The notes under the pieces: generated by a model | Told to the model about the DNA's origin: nothing | The model's input: only the letters and a program-made list of their open reading frames with translations | Databases searched by the model: none | In this document: in pieces, positions 1-10,273 of the stretch | Numbering within the stretch: position 1 is the first letter of the stretch | Layout of the letters: every line of letters begins with the position of its first letter | Source of the DNA: Spirochaetae bacterium HGW-Spirochaetae-1 | GTDB taxonomy: Bacteria > Spirochaetota > UBA4802 > UBA5550 | Assembly: GCA_002839375.1 (NCBI GenBank) | Contig: PGXY01000009.1 | Span: forward strand, 64,080-128,079 | Direction of reading: 5' to 3' | DNA length: 64,000 nucleotides | Position numbers and translations under genes: made by a program

Positions 1-1579
1 CACCTTCGATGATAATGCTGATACCCTCCACGGTTTCATTTGATATTTTCATGCCGAGATTTATTTCAGTATTATTTTCCTGAATCAGTCTGTTTATGTT
101 TTTGATGCTTGATGCGGTCTGGTCGGCCAGTTTGGAAATCTCATCGGCAACGACGGCAAATCCCCGTCCCGATTCTCCTGCCCTGGCCGCTTCTATGGCC
201 GCGTTGAGTGAAAGCAGGTTGGTCTGGTCCGATATGTCATTGATCATTTCCACAATACCGATCATCTCATGGGAGCTTTCATTGATTTTACCCATACTGT
301 TATTCATGCTTTTAAGGGAGTCCTCGCCCGATCGAGCCTTTTCTGTTATTGATTCGGTGATGGAGCGCGTCTCTTCTATATGGCGGTTCATTTCCAAAAC
401 GGCGTCGGACAGTTTGTAAATGTCCTTCATCAATTCTTCCATGCTTCCATGCTGGTCCCGGGCGTTAAAGGCGATATGTTCCACGGCGGCGGATATCTCC
501 TCGATTGTCGCCGATATTTCCTCTGCCGAGGCAGCCTGATTCTGGGCATTTTCGGAAAAGTTAATGGTAGCCTTGGAAATCTCATCCGACGATGTGGTCA
601 GCGTAAAGGTCATTTCCTGGACTCTGGCAATAATCGATTTTAGCTTTTCCCTGAAGGTGTCCAGAAGAATGGCCATCTCGGTGAGTTCATCGGGGGCGAG
701 TTTTTTCATAACGTCGCATTCGCGGCAGTCCCGGAATTTGCCCTTCAAGATGGATGGGCAGGCGATGGTGTTTCCTATAAGGGGGGCGTAGGAGCCAACT
801 TCAATGAAGCAGGAGCAGTTCATTTTATCATACATGGAACAGTCCTCTTTCCCGCAGTTCCTGATCTCACTGCACTTCACCTTTTCGAATTGCATGGTTT
901 CGGCAAGATGGCCCTGTGTGAGCCTGTGCAGCCCTTCTTTCATGCGGTCTATCTGTGAGAGAATTCTCCTGCTGATTGCTGTTCCTGAAAAAAAGGCAAG
1001 GGCACACAAAAGGAGGATAATGATGATATTTATAATTGTGAAGGATCTCACCGATGCATGCAGGGAGGATATCTCAGTATTTCTCCGCGTATCGTTCAAA
1101 TATATAAAATTGCTGAAAAGCTCACGTATCCGGGAAAGGCTTTTTTTTGTTTCATCACGGTAACGGGCAATTTTTTCATCCTGGTATTTTTCATTTGTGA
1201 TGGCGATTGCGGAATTATGCAGCTCCCTGTGAGGAGCCTCCATATCGTGGAATATTTTTTTTTGCTCTGTGGTGAGATCATCGGTGCCATTATTTTTAAT
1301 AAGATCGTAATACCATTTCCCAAAGGCGCATTGGTGGGGATCGGTTATGCCCTTAAAATGAGACCCGGTGATAATGGATTCAGCCAGTTCATTTACCCAC
1401 ACGACATGATCGACCAGCTTTTCTTTTATCAGGATTTCGTTGTTTATCAGTGATTCAATATGCGCATTCCTGCTTTGAATTGTTTTCTGAAAAATAAGAG
1501 ATGCTATTCCCTGTACAACGATAATAAGAATAACCGCTGATACTGAATAGAATAGGCGTTTTTTAATTGTTAAATGCAT
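1..1579 (-). CDS. Methyl-accepting chemotaxis protein (N-terminal ~525 aa in window; 3' end runs off window start). TM, CZB-like zinc-binding sensor, TM, HAMP, Cys-rich insert, MA signalling domain
   Basis: Manual reverse-complement translation from ATG (complement of 1577-1579): [30 protein letters not shown]... The frame stays open to position 1. Contains H-x-C-x-F-G-K-W and HRELH (CZB-like H/C/HxxxH pattern) and the MCP signature [28 protein letters not shown]. Plus-strand ORFs 96..1453 are antisense shadows: their [11 protein letters not shown] is the mirror of [11 protein letters not shown]. Confidence 0.75.
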   Translation of the reverse strand, partial: MHLTIKKRLFYSVSAVILIIVVQGIASLIFQKTIQSRNAHIESLINNEILIKEKLVDHVVWVNELAESIITGSHFKGITDPHQCAFGKWYYDLIKNNGTDDLTTEQKKIFHDMEAPHRELHNSAIAITNEKYQDEKIARYRDETKKSLSRIRELFSNFIYLNDTRRNTEISSLHASVRSFTIINIIIILLLCALAFFSGTAISRRILSQIDRMKEGLHRLTQGHLAETMQFEKVKCSEIRNCGKEDCSMYDKMNCSCFIEVGSYAPLIGNTIACPSILKGKFRDCRECDVMKKLAPDELTEMAILLDTFREKLKSIIARVQEMTFTLTTSSDEISKATINFSENAQNQAASAEEISATIEEISAAVEHIAFNARDQHGSMEELMKDIYKLSDAVLEMNRHIEETRSITESITEKARSGEDSLKSMNNSMGKINESSHEMIGIVEMINDISDQTNLLSLNAAIEAARAGESGRGFAVVADEISKLADQTASSIKNINRLIQENNTEINLGMKISNETVEGISIIIEG

Positions 1580-1879
1580 ATGCACCTCTTAAGGCTTGTT
1601 ATACGGGCACGCATTATATTGAGCGCACACCTGTATAATAGTACTATACATGTCTTATATTCAAAAGTAAAATATTTAAAAATATTGATAATTATATGTC
1701 GGGAAATCATAAAAAATGTATGGTTGATTTACCCCTGTGCTGTTCTGCTATTATCCAGTGAAGAAGATTCGAGAGTATTCCGGCTGCGGGGATGTCATAA
1801 AGTAATTGACAGTACAATATCGTGTGATATCACTTTGGTCGCTGCCTTTAAAGAAAATTTGTACAATGAGAGATCAGAT

Positions 1880-3721
1880 ATGAATATAGGAACTGCCGAT
1901 ACCGCCGCTACCGGGATCAGCCCCATGAGTTTTTTTCAAAGGTTCATTTTTTCAACGGAATTAATCAGTTACTTTATTGTTATTCCTCTCCTGTTTCTTT
2001 ATTTTGCCGTGAACCTGGATATATCCCTGGCTAATCTCATGCTTCTTCTGAAGATACTGGCTATCGTCATTCCCGTCTCCATGTTCACAACTTTTCTCAG
2101 TGATTATATCGTAATTATTCCCGTATTGCGGTATCTCAAAGTACGGGAAGGGGCGGGGGAGATGGCATCGGACATATATGACGGGGCTTGCCGCAGGTTT
2201 TTCATGCTTCCCTATTATCACGCCTTCGGTTCGCTCATTCGCTGGATCGCCGGCCTTGCCATGGCCTATGTACCCTTTACCATGCTTGCCAGCCTGAGCA
2301 GGATACAGGTGGTCAACGTATGGACAACGGCAGTCATTATACCACCTTTCGGCATGGTGCTGTATTTTTTTCTTACTGAAAGAATTACGCAAAAGTACCT
2401 CTTTATGGGGATTTTTACATCCTACAGTCCCGGGGGCAGGGATCTGCGGGTGAGCTTCCGCATGCGCATTGTTGTATCCACTATTATCATGGTGAGCCTG
2501 CCGGTCACGGCTGTAATCGGTTATTTCCTGATTACCCTGGAAACCGCCGGTGTTCTTGCCTCCATCTCGGCGATGAAACTTTTTCTCATCCTGATTTTCG
2601 GTTTTCTGGTGGCGGGCAGCCTGATTTTAACTCTTACCAGATCCCTGACCGAGAAGGCATCTATAATTACGGACCACCTGGGGAAGATAGGCGAGGGGGA
2701 ACTCGCGACGGATCCGGTCCCCATGGCTGTCATGGATGATCTTGCAGTGATAAACAGAGGAATCCAGGAGATGAAGGGACGGATCGCCGGCATTATATCG
2801 GAAATACGCACGATGACGGGCCTTCTTGATTCATCGACTGTTGAGATTTTCAAAATAACCGATTCCTTTTCCGAGGATACGCAGAACCAGGCCGCTACAA
2901 TCGAGGAGATAACCGCCACGATCGAAGAGGCCGCTGCGAACATTGAAGGAATATCCGTAAATACCACAAACCAGGTAGACAGCCTGAAGGATCTTGTAAG
3001 CGGGATGGACGAACTGACTTCAACTATGGAGGCCATGCAGGAAAAAACGACCGGTGCTTCGAAGCAAACTGATGATATCTCAAACCAGGCCCGCCAGGGA
3101 GAGGAGTCCCTGCAGAGCATGATCGAGAGTATGAGAAGGATTTCCCAGGGATCAAGCCGCATGACCGACATTATAAGCATTATAAACGACATATCTGACC
3201 AGATTAATCTTCTTTCGCTCAACGCCTCTATCGAGGCCGCCAGGGCCGGGGATTACGGTCGCGGTTTTGCCGTTGTGGCCGATGAGATATCAAAGCTGGC
3301 CGAAACCACGGCCGCGAGCGTCAAGGAAATCGGCACCGTCATTTCTTCCAGTGATAAAGAGGTGGAGGAGGGCATCAGGATTGTCAACGGTGTTGTTGAA
3401 AAAATGACCATGATAACCCGTGGCGTTGTTTCTATAAAAGCCATGACCGATGAGATCAGGGCCTTCATGAAGAAACAGATAGATGGCAACGTGGAAGTCA
3501 ACAGTGAGGTGGCCGGAGTGATGAAAAAGGCCGGACTCATCGAATCCTCGCTGATTGAACAGAAAAACGCCATGAATGAAGTGAGCCGGTCTATAAATAC
3601 TATTAATTCCCTTACGCAGCGCATAAGCTCCGGTGCCGAGGAGATTGCCGCTTCCATGGGAGAGAATTCAGGCAGGGCCGTGGACCTGAGAAGAATGGTT
3701 GAACTCTTCAGGGTTTCCTGA
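1880..3721 (+). CDS. Methyl-accepting chemotaxis protein with multi-pass (6-8 TM) N-terminal membrane domain, HAMP-like linker and MA domain
   Basis: ORF 1574..3721. I prefer the ATG at 1880 ([12 protein letters not shown]...) because 1574-1879 is an AT-rich promoter-like region. Signature [29 protein letters not shown]. Upstream lies a hydrophobic N-terminal domain of about 270 aa. Confidence 0.85.
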   Translation: MNIGTADTAATGISPMSFFQRFIFSTELISYFIVIPLLFLYFAVNLDISLANLMLLLKILAIVIPVSMFTTFLSDYIVIIPVLRYLKVREGAGEMASDIYDGACRRFFMLPYYHAFGSLIRWIAGLAMAYVPFTMLASLSRIQVVNVWTTAVIIPPFGMVLYFFLTERITQKYLFMGIFTSYSPGGRDLRVSFRMRIVVSTIIMVSLPVTAVIGYFLITLETAGVLASISAMKLFLILIFGFLVAGSLILTLTRSLTEKASIITDHLGKIGEGELATDPVPMAVMDDLAVINRGIQEMKGRIAGIISEIRTMTGLLDSSTVEIFKITDSFSEDTQNQAATIEEITATIEEAAANIEGISVNTTNQVDSLKDLVSGMDELTSTMEAMQEKTTGASKQTDDISNQARQGEESLQSMIESMRRISQGSSRMTDIISIINDISDQINLLSLNASIEAARAGDYGRGFAVVADEISKLAETTAASVKEIGTVISSSDKEVEEGIRIVNGVVEKMTMITRGVVSIKAMTDEIRAFMKKQIDGNVEVNSEVAGVMKKAGLIESSLIEQKNAMNEVSRSINTINSLTQRISSGAEEIAASMGENSGRAVDLRRMVELFRVS

Positions 3722-3759
3722 TATCCTTTCGTCCTATTATACCGCACGGGAAACAGACC

Positions 3760-4215
3760 ATGAACTGGAAAATAGAAAGACTGCAAAGGCATGAGCTTGA
3801 TATAATCAGACCCCTCTGGGAGAAGCTCAACGCCATGCATCTGGAAGATTCTCGTTATTTCAAGGAACACTTCAGGTCATTCACTTTTGAAAAACGAACA
3901 GCTGCCTTTCGGGAAAGCCGGGACGATGATATCCTCATACAGATTGTGTTGTTTGAAGACGGACGCGCCGTGGGCTATTGCATTTCTACAGTTGACGGCG
4001 TTTCCGGGGAACTGGATTCCCTGTACCTCGAGGAAGAATGCAGGGGACAGGGGATCGGCGGACTTTTAGTTGAGGGCTGCATCGCGTGGTTTAATGATAA
4101 AAAGTGTTCCCGCGTAGTCGTGGGTATTGCCGATGGCCATGAATCGGTATTTCCTTTTTACCGGAAATTCGGCTTTTACCCGCGCCTTACATACCTGCAA
4201 CTGAAAGGGATATAG
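3760..4215 (+). CDS. GNAT family N-acetyltransferase
   Basis: 151 aa; acetyl-CoA binding motif RGQGIGGLLVEG (Q/RxxGxG/A); size typical of GNAT. Confidence 0.7.
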   Translation: MNWKIERLQRHELDIIRPLWEKLNAMHLEDSRYFKEHFRSFTFEKRTAAFRESRDDDILIQIVLFEDGRAVGYCISTVDGVSGELDSLYLEEECRGQGIGGLLVEGCIAWFNDKKCSRVVVGIADGHESVFPFYRKFGFYPRLTYLQLKGI

Positions 4216-4224
4216 GCCCGTTTT

Positions 4225-5457
4225 TCATTTATCCTTGATTATCCTGAATTCCGTGCGCCTGTTCAGTTCATCAAATCCCTTGCCGGTCTTTTTAACCACG
4301 GGCTGTGTTTTGCCGGCCCCTGTCGTTTTAAAACGTTCCTCGCCGAGTCCTTTCCCCGTAAGATACTTTTTGACTGACTCGGCCCGCTCGAGGCTGAGTT
4401 TGCTATTGTATTCGTCGGCGCCTTGCAGGTCGGTATGCCCCACGATTTCGAGCCTGATATCGCTGTTCTCCTTGAGGAATGCCGAGAGAGCGTCAAGATA
4501 GGGATAAGACTCTTTTTTTATGTCAGCCTTGTCGTAATCGAAATGTATGGCGCGGGTCTCGAAATTTGCCTCTTTGGCGAACACGAAGGCTGAGTATAAA
4601 TCAAAGAGCCCTATCCCGCCGTCCCGGTTAGATGAAATATAATAGCGCTGATCGGCGCGTGTCAGATACATCTCGTTTGCCGTACTGTTTATTTTATCGC
4701 CCAGGTTGACGGGCTCTCCGTATTTGCCGTTTTCAAATGAAACGAAATAAAGATCGAACATGCCCCGGCTGTCGGCCCTGTTGGAGGCGAAAAAAAATCC
4801 TTTCAGGTCCCTGGCCGGTATGAGCCCCACGTCGCGATAACCGGTGTTAAAGGGACCTGCCATGGGCCTGGGATTGACGAAATTGCCGTCCACGTTTTCA
4901 GCCTCGAGAAGAACCGTTCGGCTGCTGTCACCGAAAAGCCATCTTGTGTAATACAGTCTTCCGTCGGGAGTAATGCTCGGGGTTCTTTCGTGATGCGCCG
5001 TGTTAATCTGGCCGGGCATGGGTTCCGGAGGCGTCCATTGGCCGTTTAAATTTTCCGACCAGTAAATGTCGAAAGAGACCATGACCTGGCCGGGCTCGCT
5101 TCCGCGCAGTTCCATGCTGCCGTCACGATCGGAAGCGAAAACGAGAAACCGGCCGTCCGACGATATGAAGGGTGTTTCATCGTTAAAGGGCGAGTTCAGG
5201 ATAGCCAGCGCTTCGGGTACCGACCACGAACCGTCCCTGAAATAACTGATGAACAGGTCCTGGTACTTGCCGTTCCGGTTGGAGTTGAATATCATGTAAC
5301 TTCCGTCGGGACTTACGGCGGGTGCAAAATCGTTTACGGTGCTGTTCACCTGCTTTCCCATGTTTTTCGGGGTTTCCGAAACGGTAAATTTTCCGGAATG
5401 GGCAGTGGACGCGAACAGACAAATCATGGATGTTATTGATAGGATTCGGGACAGCAT
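4225..5457 (-). CDS. OmpA-family protein: signal peptide, TolB-like PD40 beta-propeller repeats, C-terminal OmpA-like peptidoglycan-binding domain
   Basis: Repeats SPDGSYMIFNSNRNG / SSDGRFLVFASDRDG / ITPDGRLYYT / FFASNRADSRGMFDLYF / YISSNRDGGIGLFDLY. C-terminus FDYDKADIK...LEIVGHTDLQGADEYNSKLSLERAESVKKYL...NRRTEF matches the OmpA-like domain. Confidence 0.75.
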   Translation of the reverse strand: MLSRILSITSMICLFASTAHSGKFTVSETPKNMGKQVNSTVNDFAPAVSPDGSYMIFNSNRNGKYQDLFISYFRDGSWSVPEALAILNSPFNDETPFISSDGRFLVFASDRDGSMELRGSEPGQVMVSFDIYWSENLNGQWTPPEPMPGQINTAHHERTPSITPDGRLYYTRWLFGDSSRTVLLEAENVDGNFVNPRPMAGPFNTGYRDVGLIPARDLKGFFFASNRADSRGMFDLYFVSFENGKYGEPVNLGDKINSTANEMYLTRADQRYYISSNRDGGIGLFDLYSAFVFAKEANFETRAIHFDYDKADIKKESYPYLDALSAFLKENSDIRLEIVGHTDLQGADEYNSKLSLERAESVKKYLTGKGLGEERFKTTGAGKTQPVVKKTGKGFDELNRRTEFRIIKDK

Positions 5458-5510
5458 GGATAATATCCTCCTGCCTGATTTTTTAAAGATTTTTACGGGA
5501 ATAATTGCAA

Positions 5511-6521
5511 TTAATCGGTCTTCCTTTCATGCTTCGCTTTAATCTCCTGAGACTTCCTGAACCAGACCTCTGCCTTATCTTTTCTGCCGAGTTTCTGCAT
5601 GATCACGGCAATATTATTATAGGGAACATAATTGGAAGGGTCAAGCTTAATACTCGCCGTGTATTCCTTCAGTGCTTTTTCATACTCGCCCCTGTCGAGG
5701 TAAATATCGCCCAGCGTGTTGTGCGTTGATGCCCGGGAAGGATCGAGTTCGTTGGCCATTTGCAAATCGGTCAATGCTTCACTGACGCGCTTCCCGGCAT
5801 AGTACGACGAGCCCCGGTTGTGATATGCCGAAGAAAAAAGAGGGTAGAGCCCGATCGCCGTACTGAAACAGGATATGGCCTCGCCGAACTTTTTTTGTGT
5901 CATCAAATAGGCGCCCATGTTATTGTATTCCACGGCCAGAAATTCCTTCCGTGTCAGGGTTTTCATGTACACGCCTTTCTGTATCGATTTATCGTTTATG
6001 CGGAGTGTCTCCATGTAATACGAATCGGGTTGCGGCCTCCCCTGTGTCGGCTCCCAGTTGAGATAAGAACCGTCATTAAAATAGAAACGGAGAAAACTGT
6101 GATTGGGAGCGTATACGGGTACAATGGGGATCTTCATTACTTCGGCAATGGCGATATATATGACACAGTAATTATCGCAGTCCAGGAGTTTGGATTGTAT
6201 GCCCATGCCGAGGAGATAATTCTGTTTATAAACAAATCCTTCATTCCCGAGAAGGGCATCTATCTGCGCCAGGGTCTTAACCGCTTCTTCTGTCGTGCTG
6301 TTTTGTTTGAAGTTCACGACGGTAAGGGCCTTATTGATGAGAGCGTTGATCGCAGCATGATGTTCCGCTCCCGCGTACAGGTCCTTTTCCAGGTCAAGAA
6401 AATCATGGGCGATGGTCCTGGGTTGGCCTTTATAGATGGCGAGGTCGGGAGCCGCCGGTAGGGGCGAATTGATAACGGCAAAAAGCAGTACGATAATTAT
6501 TTGATAGATACTATGCTTCAT
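5511..6521 (-). CDS. Secreted TPR-repeat protein with N-terminal putative transglutaminase-like/cysteine-peptidase-like domain
   Basis: Signal peptide MKHSIYQIIIVLLFAVINSPLPAAP. C-terminal TPR units (AYHNRGSSYYAGKRVSEALTDLQMANELDPS..., HNTLGDIYLDRGEYEKALKEYTASIKLDP...). N-terminal region has a C...H...E/D pattern (DNYCVIYIAIA, APNHSF). Confidence 0.55.
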   Translation of the reverse strand: MKHSIYQIIIVLLFAVINSPLPAAPDLAIYKGQPRTIAHDFLDLEKDLYAGAEHHAAINALINKALTVVNFKQNSTTEEAVKTLAQIDALLGNEGFVYKQNYLLGMGIQSKLLDCDNYCVIYIAIAEVMKIPIVPVYAPNHSFLRFYFNDGSYLNWEPTQGRPQPDSYYMETLRINDKSIQKGVYMKTLTRKEFLAVEYNNMGAYLMTQKKFGEAISCFSTAIGLYPLFSSAYHNRGSSYYAGKRVSEALTDLQMANELDPSRASTHNTLGDIYLDRGEYEKALKEYTASIKLDPSNYVPYNNIAVIMQKLGRKDKAEVWFRKSQEIKAKHERKTD

Positions 6522-6736
6522 GGTGATATCCTCATGGGACCCTGGTTATAGTTCAACAATTAACTGTCGGATGAGAAACTGTTAATTATAAGGGAAAATC
6601 CATATTTGCAAGGCATTTTTGTTGTATTTTTGAGGAATCATGATTGGAACTGGTTTTTCGCCGATGAAAATCCTGAGCGATGTAAAAGGAGTCCGGTAAA
6701 ATACTTGAAATTTGCCGCTGCTTCCATCAAGCTTCT

Positions 6737-7930
6737 TTGAGGCAGGGAATAAAGGGAATGCGGTGTAGATCAATGCATTTAAATAGAATACGGGGAACAT
6801 GTATCCTTATTTTGCTTTTCTCTTTTATCACGACCATGGAAGCGGGGAGTGACGGCAGAACGGTAAGGATATGGCTGAAAATTTTTCAGAAGAGGGACAG
6901 GATAACTCTGAATAACAGAAGCGGTCTCCTTGTCAATGATGCATCAATACCGGTCGTGACCGTGGATATCGCTCTTGCCGGGGGCAGGCTGGAAACGGGA
7001 GGCGCGCTTTTTGACTCGGTGAGGATTTATCCCGCCGATGGCGGCCTTACGACAATCACCACTGTATACGGGGAAAAGACATACAGCGGTTTCTTCGACA
7101 TCGGTCTGAAGGAGGGACAGCTCTTTGTGGTCAATACAACGCCTTTCAATGATTATCTCATGGGTGTTGTGGGCTCTGAGATGGGTGAGTCCTTCAGGCT
7201 CGAGGCTTTGAAAGCGCAGGCGGTCTGTTCCCGCACATATTTTCTAGCTGTGCGGGAAAAGAGTGGAGACTATGATGCCTGCGATGTGGCGGGCCGCTTC
7301 CAGGCCTTTCGCGGCATGCAGTATGCCGGGGACAAAACTCGCGAGGCCGTGCTCTCTACGGACGGGCAGGTGCTCCGCAGTCCTGATCCCGATTTTATTC
7401 CCTGGTTTCATTCCACCTGCGGAGGAATGCTGCTCACGCCCGCCGAGGCATGGCGTGATGCGGCCATAGATCCGTCCAGGGCAGCGCCGCGTTTTGACAG
7501 CGATGAAAACAGTCCCCGCTGCCGTATCTCTCCATTTTTCTCCTGGTCAGCCTGCCTGGAAGAAGGGGAAATCATCCGTGCCCTTAAGAAACAGACAGGG
7601 CATGATATTTCCGGCATGGAATTTGTTTTTAACAATCACGGCCTGCTGCGCCATGTTCTGCTTTCTGCGGGGAATAAAAAAATTGAGGTAATGCCGGGAT
7701 TCACTTTCAAGGCCTGTCTTGAGCGGCAAGGCATTGCGGCAATACGCAGCGTCCGTTTTTCCGCTGAAAAAAAAGGTGACCGGTGGTGTTTCACCGGTAG
7801 GGGTTTCGGTCACCTTGTGGGCCTGTGCCAGTGGGGAGCCGAGGCCCAGGCGCGTCAGGGGAAAGTGTATGATGAAATACTTAAATCCTATTATCCTGGT
7901 GTTTCTGTTTTACATAAAGACGGATACTGA
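6737..7930 (+). CDS. SpoIID/LytB-domain protein (putative amidase enhancer)
   Basis: Conserved SpoIID motif LEALKAQAVCSRTYFLA. The ORF uses TTG at 6737; ATG alternatives are 6758 and 6773 (MHLNRIRGTCILILLFSF looks like a signal peptide). Confidence 0.7.
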   Translation: MRQGIKGMRCRSMHLNRIRGTCILILLFSFITTMEAGSDGRTVRIWLKIFQKRDRITLNNRSGLLVNDASIPVVTVDIALAGGRLETGGALFDSVRIYPADGGLTTITTVYGEKTYSGFFDIGLKEGQLFVVNTTPFNDYLMGVVGSEMGESFRLEALKAQAVCSRTYFLAVREKSGDYDACDVAGRFQAFRGMQYAGDKTREAVLSTDGQVLRSPDPDFIPWFHSTCGGMLLTPAEAWRDAAIDPSRAAPRFDSDENSPRCRISPFFSWSACLEEGEIIRALKKQTGHDISGMEFVFNNHGLLRHVLLSAGNKKIEVMPGFTFKACLERQGIAAIRSVRFSAEKKGDRWCFTGRGFGHLVGLCQWGAEAQARQGKVYDEILKSYYPGVSVLHKDGY

Positions 7931-7942
7931 TTTATCTATCGT

Positions 7943-9409
7943 TCAAATTTTATTTCCTCTCCATGCTTGCAAGGCGAGTGAGGTTCCATAACATAAAAAA
8001 CCCGCCGCCATGGCTGGAAGTATCTCATATACGTGGTCGCTTAAATGGAAGACATGGCGCCAGAGAAGAACAGTCGTAATTCCCGATGCCATCATGGCCA
8101 GGGAAACGAAACGATTCACGGGTCTGTCGAGGGACCTGAGGATGATGAGGGGACCGAGTCCCGCTCCCAGGGCCGACCATGTTATAGTGACAAGTGAAAA
8201 GACGCTCTGAGGCCCGGAAAGACTGAAACCCAGGGCGAATACGGTGACAATCAAAGTACCGGCCTTTGTCTTGAATCGCGAGGCTCCCATGCCGGGGGCA
8301 ATATCCTGGGTCAGTGCGGCTCCGCTTGAAAGGATCTGGGAGTCGGCAGTGGACATGGTGGCCGCAAAAAGGCCTGCCAGGATAAGCCCTATGAAGACCG
8401 ACGGCAGAAGATGCATGGAAAGAGCGGGCAAAGCCAGTTCCGGATCGAAGTTAGCCGGAAGTCGATCTGCGCGGATATTCCAGGACAGCATGAGGCGGTG
8501 AATCATGCTTATATCGGAAAGCAGCACCCTCGAATAGAGTCCCACTCCCACGGCTGCCGCGGAAAAAGGTATATACCATGCGAAGTAGGTCCTTCGTGCC
8601 CTTTTTATATGTCGGGGAGAACGAATACTCATGGTCCGTATCTGCATGTGCGGTTGTCCAACAACACCGATGCCCGCAGCGAACCAGCCCAGCACATAGA
8701 GTCCCGGTCCGAATTTAAGGTTTCCCGGGAACAGAGTAACAAGAGCGGGATCTATCTTAAGCAGTGCATTGTAAAGTGAAAGGGGACCGCCAACTGCGCC
8801 CATGGCTGTACCGAGAAGAATGCTCATGGAGATTATCATCACAATGGCCTGTGCCGCGTCGGTCCAGATAGAGGCCCGGATGCCGCCGGCAATGCAGTAG
8901 ATTAGGACAATGACCGATCCGATAATTGCGCCGGTAGAATAGTCCCAGCCGAAGAGGACATACAGTGCCTTACTCCCGGCCTTGAGCTGAGCCGACGCGT
9001 ATACTGCAAGCAGCACCAGGGTTATCAGTCCCGCTGCAGTGACGATCACGCTGTCGATTCCCTTTACGGTGCTTCCGATGAAACCCGGGACTGTTTGCGT
9101 CTGCAGGGACTCGCTGCGTTCTCTCAGTTTTCTGTAAACAAGGTGCCACATTATGTAATCGCCGCAGATCCAGCCTATGGTCACCCAGATTGAAGAGAGA
9201 CCGTAGTGATAGGTAAAGCCGATGAGACCTATGAACATGTATCCGCTGGTGTTTGTTGCGGCAGCAGAGAGGCTTGCCAGTACGGGGTGAATGTTCCTGC
9301 TGGCTATGAGATAATCTTCGGTTGTTTTTTTGCTTTTATATGTTGAAGCGATGCCTATAAGGATAAATGCGAGAAGAAATATGAGAAAGGTCGTTATAAC
9401 AATTGTCAT
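7943..9409 (-). CDS. Sodium:solute symporter (SSS) family transporter, PutP/PanF-like
   Basis: 488 aa, about 13 TM. N-terminus DYLIASRNIHP and the SSS consensus GGIRASIWTDAAQA. Confidence 0.75.
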   Translation of the reverse strand: MTIVITTFLIFLLAFILIGIASTYKSKKTTEDYLIASRNIHPVLASLSAAATNTSGYMFIGLIGFTYHYGLSSIWVTIGWICGDYIMWHLVYRKLRERSESLQTQTVPGFIGSTVKGIDSVIVTAAGLITLVLLAVYASAQLKAGSKALYVLFGWDYSTGAIIGSVIVLIYCIAGGIRASIWTDAAQAIVMIISMSILLGTAMGAVGGPLSLYNALLKIDPALVTLFPGNLKFGPGLYVLGWFAAGIGVVGQPHMQIRTMSIRSPRHIKRARRTYFAWYIPFSAAAVGVGLYSRVLLSDISMIHRLMLSWNIRADRLPANFDPELALPALSMHLLPSVFIGLILAGLFAATMSTADSQILSSGAALTQDIAPGMGASRFKTKAGTLIVTVFALGFSLSGPQSVFSLVTITWSALGAGLGPLIILRSLDRPVNRFVSLAMMASGITTVLLWRHVFHLSDHVYEILPAMAAGFLCYGTSLALQAWRGNKI

Positions 9410-9532
9410 TATAAATGTTTTTTGAGTAGTTCCTCCGTATTTTATTGTATGAAGAATGGACCCGTCCTTTGTTGAAGGCCCGGTTGATATTTTCAGGTAT
9501 CATCTCATGATATGCTGTCAAGGGAATTTTTA

Positions 9533-10111
9533 TCATTCCGGCTGTTTGAACTGTTCGTGAAAGGTATCCAGCCACACAAATTCCTGCAGTTCCTTTCTTT
9601 TGGGTGCCGGCTTCGGTGTATCCCGGAGTTCAGGTTTTCCCACGGGAATTATGGCGATAGCATCCATTCCCTCGGGCACTGAGAGTATACTGTTGCACTT
9701 CTCGTGATCGAGTGATCCAACAACGACTGTGCCCAGTCCCAGTTCATGGGCCCTGAGGCAGAGGTTCTGAACGGCCATGCCCAGGTCGAACATGAACCAT
9801 TGCAGAAAATTTGTGCGCTCTTCATCACCCCGGTGATGGACAAGTTTTGTTTCGGCGCACGCGGCGATTAGTGCCGTAGCTGAAAAGGAACATTTCCTCG
9901 CCGGATTGGTCTCTGAATAGGTATTGGTTATTTCTTTGATGATGTTTCTGTCACGGATGACCACGAACCGCCAGCTCTGGGTGTTGGCCCATGATGGCGC
10001 ATAACGCGCCGCTTCAAGCATCTCCCGCAGCTCGCCGTCGCTCACTTCATAATCGGTGAACCTGCGCACGGATCGTCGGTTGTAAATCGCTTCCATCAGT
10101 TCCATATTCAT
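9533..10111 (-). CDS. Nitroreductase family protein
   Basis: N-terminus MEAIYNRRSVRRFTDYEVSDGELREMLEAARYAPSWANTQSWRFVVIRD is the classic nitroreductase signature. Confidence 0.8.
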   Translation of the reverse strand: MNMELMEAIYNRRSVRRFTDYEVSDGELREMLEAARYAPSWANTQSWRFVVIRDRNIIKEITNTYSETNPARKCSFSATALIAACAETKLVHHRGDEERTNFLQWFMFDLGMAVQNLCLRAHELGLGTVVVGSLDHEKCNSILSVPEGMDAIAIIPVGKPELRDTPKPAPKRKELQEFVWLDTFHEQFKQPE

Positions 10112-10273
10112 CCTCCGTAGTATCGACTAACAGTAAGAGTGTTTTATTGTATGTCAAGATATTATTAAAACAAAAACCGTCTGTACGGTGCAAAAAAACA
10201 TTGACGTATTTACTCTGACTTTATAAGGGTATGATACAAAAATAAAAACTCTGCAGTTAAAAAGGAGTGAATC

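Noticed and set aside
96-1453. Plus-strand ORFs 96..419, 380..643, 564..791, 804..1163, 1058..1453
   Set aside because: They lie antisense to the minus-strand MCP gene. [11 protein letters not shown] in 96..419 is the mirror image of [11 protein letters not shown], and the rest is low-complexity text. They are shadow ORFs.
1574-1879. Longer start (ATG 1574) for the second MCP
   Set aside because: The extra 102 codons fall in an AT-rich, promoter-like stretch with non-protein-like composition ([16 protein letters not shown]...). The ATG at 1880 begins a plausible cytoplasmic N-terminus.
2521-3870. Minus-strand ORFs 2521..3222 and 3253..3870 inside MCP 1880..3721
   Set aside because: Same antisense-shadow signature ([11 protein letters not shown]). 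The sense strand carries the intact MCP signalling domain.
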